A DNA stretch of 63,902 nt, counting the filler, from Octopus bimaculoides (lineage: Eukaryota), in the NCBI RefSeq assembly GCF_001194135.2. It is 7 parts of 7 records of this genome, joined end to end, with 100 filler letters (N's around TTAATTAATTAA, not from the genome) between each part and the next. Parts side by side here need not be neighbours in the genome. Positions count along the whole stretch, not along the records: positions 59,553 to 61,747 come from NC_069004.1; positions 61,848 to 63,902 come from NW_026322002.1; 5 more parts are not named here. One strand, given 5' to 3'. Made by a program: the position numbers and the translations under genes. Below the pieces are notes generated by a model that saw nothing but the letters and a program-made list of their open reading frames with translations, was not told the origin of the DNA and made no database searches. Below are positions 60,619-63,902 of the stretch, one piece after another. Positions within the stretch are counted from its first letter, which is position 1; every line of letters begins with the position of its first letter.

Positions 60619-61686
60619 ATATAAGTAATTAACTTGTCTTCTGTGTTTATTTCATAGTGATGGTATGCAAAGTGTTATTGACGTTTTTAATTCGTTCTCT
60701 CTTTTTAGAATATTGAAAAGATTGATTTCAAAAGGTTCCGTTTTCCATAAAATAATTTCAAGCTCAATATTAAACTGAAGAGATCAAATTAAATTCGAAA
60801 TATGTGTGAACGGTTAGAGCTCTGTGATGTTTATCTTTATTGCTACGAAAGAAATCTGAAGTAGTTTAAACGTGATTCTTTAATTGGAATATAAATATTA
60901 CTTCGATATAAATACGCAAATATGACAAAAGTGAAACTGGATGGACCAATCAAATCAATGTAAAAGGTATCCTGCCATTCTTTTAATAACAATTTCTAAT
61001 TTCTAATATGTCACAATGATTATAACGTGGGCGGTCGTGAAAGCAGTTGGTAGAAGAACTGGAAGAATTGACATTTTATTTCATTTGTCTAATAGATGAA
61101 CGCATTCGACTGCGGCCATGCTGGGGCACCGCAATGCTCTAGACTTGTGTTTCTCAACCCTTTTCTGCCTGTGGATTCCTTTGATTTCTGTTTTACTCAG
61201 GTGGACCCTTAGATTTTTTAAACATCGAATGGTTATTATATTTTATAATTAAATACTATGAGGAATTGTATTAAAAATATTGTTAAAATAATTGCAGCGC
61301 GGAAGGTGTTTATAAGCTATTTAAGAAACACACAAAAACCGTTAGATTCACTTCAACATTTAAATTTAATTTGCCAAAATATTTTCGTCGCTTTGAGACC
61401 GCGACCTGTTCACTGACAAAATTCCGTGCTGTTTTGTGTATTGTAGAATTTATTGCACGGAATAAAATAAAATGGAGTAAAACAAAGTAAAATAAACAGC
61501 AGAATATAAATGAAGTAAAAAGCAAAAACCGAGGCAACACAAAATAACAGATGTAAAACACCATGAGAATAAACCGGAAAACTAATGGGACTGATGAGGG
61601 GCCAACCAAAAAGGATAATAAAAACAAATAATAAAAACAACAATAAAAAATATAATAAAAAGTTAAACGAAATCTTCTCGACATCA

Positions 61687-61717
<31 letters not shown>

Positions 61718-61847
61718 TGTATGTATGTATGTATATATATATATATANNNNNNNNNNNNNNNNNNNNNNNNNNNNNNNNNNNNNNNNNNNNTTAATTAAT
61801 TAANNNNNNNNNNNNNNNNNNNNNNNNNNNNNNNNNNNNNNNNNNNN

Positions 61848-61888
<41 letters not shown>

Positions 61889-62249
61889 TTATATATACTA
61901 GATCTTATGAGCAGTGTTAATTTTGTGTATGTTATTGCAATATCTGTATACACACGCTTTAGTTTCTGTATACCCAGAACGACAGGCATTGAATTATCAG
62001 CCAAATCCACATAGACACATTCATATAGACTCAAATGTTTCAGTGAATTGGAAAATGTTAGAATAGATCTTAGGTTAGAGCAAAAATTGTGTCTAAGATT
62101 AAAGCAACGCTATTCCGAAAGCCGTTTGTTTACTGGTGCCATGTCAGTTCTTTAACGAAAAATGTCTCTAACGTAAACACTAGCTTTTTTTATTGCAGTC
62201 GAGTTGTCACAGATTTCCTCTTCTAGACGGTACATACACACATACGTAC

Positions 62250-62282
<33 letters not shown>

Positions 62283-63192
62283 NNNNNNNNNNNNNNNNNN
62301 NNNNNNNNNNNNNNNNNNNNNNNNNNNNNNNNNNNNNNNNNNNNNNNNNNNNNNNNNNNNNNNNNNNNNNNNNNNNNNNNNNNNNNNNNNNNNNNNNNNN
62401 NNNNNNNNNNNNNNNNNNNNNNNNNNNNNNNNNNNNNNNNNNNNNNNNNNNNNNNNNNNNNNNNNNNNNNNNNNNNNNNNNNNNNNNNNNNNNNNNNNNN
62501 NNNNNNNNNNNNNNNNNNNNNNNNNNNNNNNNNNNNNNNNNNNNNNNNNNNNNNNNNNNNNNNNNNNNNNNNNNNNNNNNNNNNNNNNNNNNNNNNNNNN
62601 NNNNNNNNNNNNNNNNNNNNNNNNNNNNNNNNNNNNNNNNNNNNNNNNNNNNNNNNNNNNNNNNNNNNNNNNNNNNNNNNNNNNNNNNNNNNNNNNNNNN
62701 NNNNNNNNNNNNNNNNNNNNNNNNNNNNNNNNNNNNNNNNNNNNNNNNNNNNNNNNNNNNNNNNNNNNNNNNNNNNNNNNNNNNNNNNNNNNNNNNNNNN
62801 NNNNNNNNNNNNNNNNNNNNNNNNNNNNNNNNNNNNNNNNNNNNNNNNNNNNNNNNNNNNNNNNNNNNNNNNNNNNNNNNNNNNNNNNNNNNNNNNNNNN
62901 NNNNNNNNNNNNNNNNNNNNNNNNNNNNNNNNNNNNNNNNNNNNNNNNNNNNNNNNNNNNNNNNNNNNNNNNNNNNNNNNNNNNNNNNNNNNNNNNNNNN
63001 NNNNNNNNNNNNNNNNNNNNNNNNNNNNNNNNNNNNNNNNNNNNNNNNNNNNNNNNNNNNNNNNNNNNNNNNNNNNNNNNNNNNNNNNNNNNNNNNNNNN
63101 NNNNNNNNNNNNNNNNNNNNNNNNNNNNNNNNNNNNNNNNTATTCGTTTTCATTCCCGGTGCCATTATATTAAATATTTGCGAAGAGTAACC

Positions 63193-63552
63193 ATGCCACG
63201 CACAAAAAATTCAGCAGAACTGTCAGTTTTTTCAAAGAGTTCATATTTTTGGGCATTCTGAGTCTGGTCCTAGCGAGCGAAATTTTGCCGAAAATCTTCA
63301 AATTACTCTTGCTACCGTTAATAGAATTATAGTGCAATTCAAAAGCCAAGGAAAAGAATCAACAGATTCTCGTCCCGGCCGACCTGGGCCCTCGCAAAAG
63401 AAACTTCGCTGTTTGAAGAGAATTGTGGAAAACGAACCCCGTTCGAAAAGCTTCCGATATTGCAAAACAGCTAGAAGTTAATCCAAGAACGTGTGTTACA
63501 TATCTGCATAAACTTGGGTGTTATGGACGAGCAGCTTGAGGAAAACCTCTCC
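63193..63552 (+). mobile_element. Tc1 transposase N-terminal (HTH) fragment
   Basis: MPRTK...ELS.FQR..I.G...SRPGRP...IV...P...ASDIA..L...LHKLG.YGRAA..KPL, with frameshifts. Confidence 0.75.
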
Positions 63553-63902
63553 TTCAACCAATGAAATTATTATTATCATTATATATATGTACATCTATCT
63601 GTCTGTCTATGTATGTATGTATGTATGTATCTATCTATCTATATACATACATATATATATATACATACACATATATATATACATACATATATATATATAT
63701 AATTTATTAATGAGGGTAGAAATTGATATTAGTCAATTAAAACCAGTGGTCTAGCATATTAAAAAAATCCGAAGATTAAAATTATATTACATACAAAAAT
63801 AAGAGGAATGACCAACAAATGTGGACTCCTATATGCTAGAAATAGATGCCGAATCATCTAACCACGAAAAAAATATGTTCTCAGTAAAAAATTTAGCGAC
63901 AC

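Noticed and set aside
1832-63190. Long ORFs in the supplied track consisting mostly of X, or of YIYI/CVCV/HTHT runs
   Set aside because: They are read-through of N gaps and microsatellites, not genes.

Overview
AT-rich, repeat-dense eukaryotic genomic scaffold with many N gaps. It looks like an octopus (cephalopod) draft assembly, inferred from its SINE/RTE/Penelope content, (TA)n/(GATA)n/(CA)n microsatellites and TTAATTAATTAA gap padding; the species cannot be confirmed from sequence alone. Little host coding sequence is visible. Two clear + strand exons (28025-28132, 28828-29088) encode the C-terminal half of a divergent Na+/K+-ATPase beta-subunit. Two in-phase + exons (714-787, 1580-1695) belong to an unidentified gene. 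Most of the rest is decayed mobile DNA: RTE LINEs (one near full length), CR1 and Tx1 fragments, many Penelope-like elements (at least five Naiad-type pieces), Tc1 and DD37D maT, pogo and hAT remnants, MITEs with TSDs and tRNA-type SINEs. The main structures missed by the ORF track are: a Penelope hotspot at 30.1-31.8 kb with three hammerhead-ribozyme folds and a near-perfect 71-nt hairpin, three Penelope inserts with inverted terminal repeats sitting in (TA)n, and a GG-ended, 8-bp-TSD transposon family. That family has one copy enclosing TTAGGG-like repeats and another enclosing 6.1 kb of nested DNA. Everything was read by eye; boundaries of decayed repeats are approximate and no searches were run.
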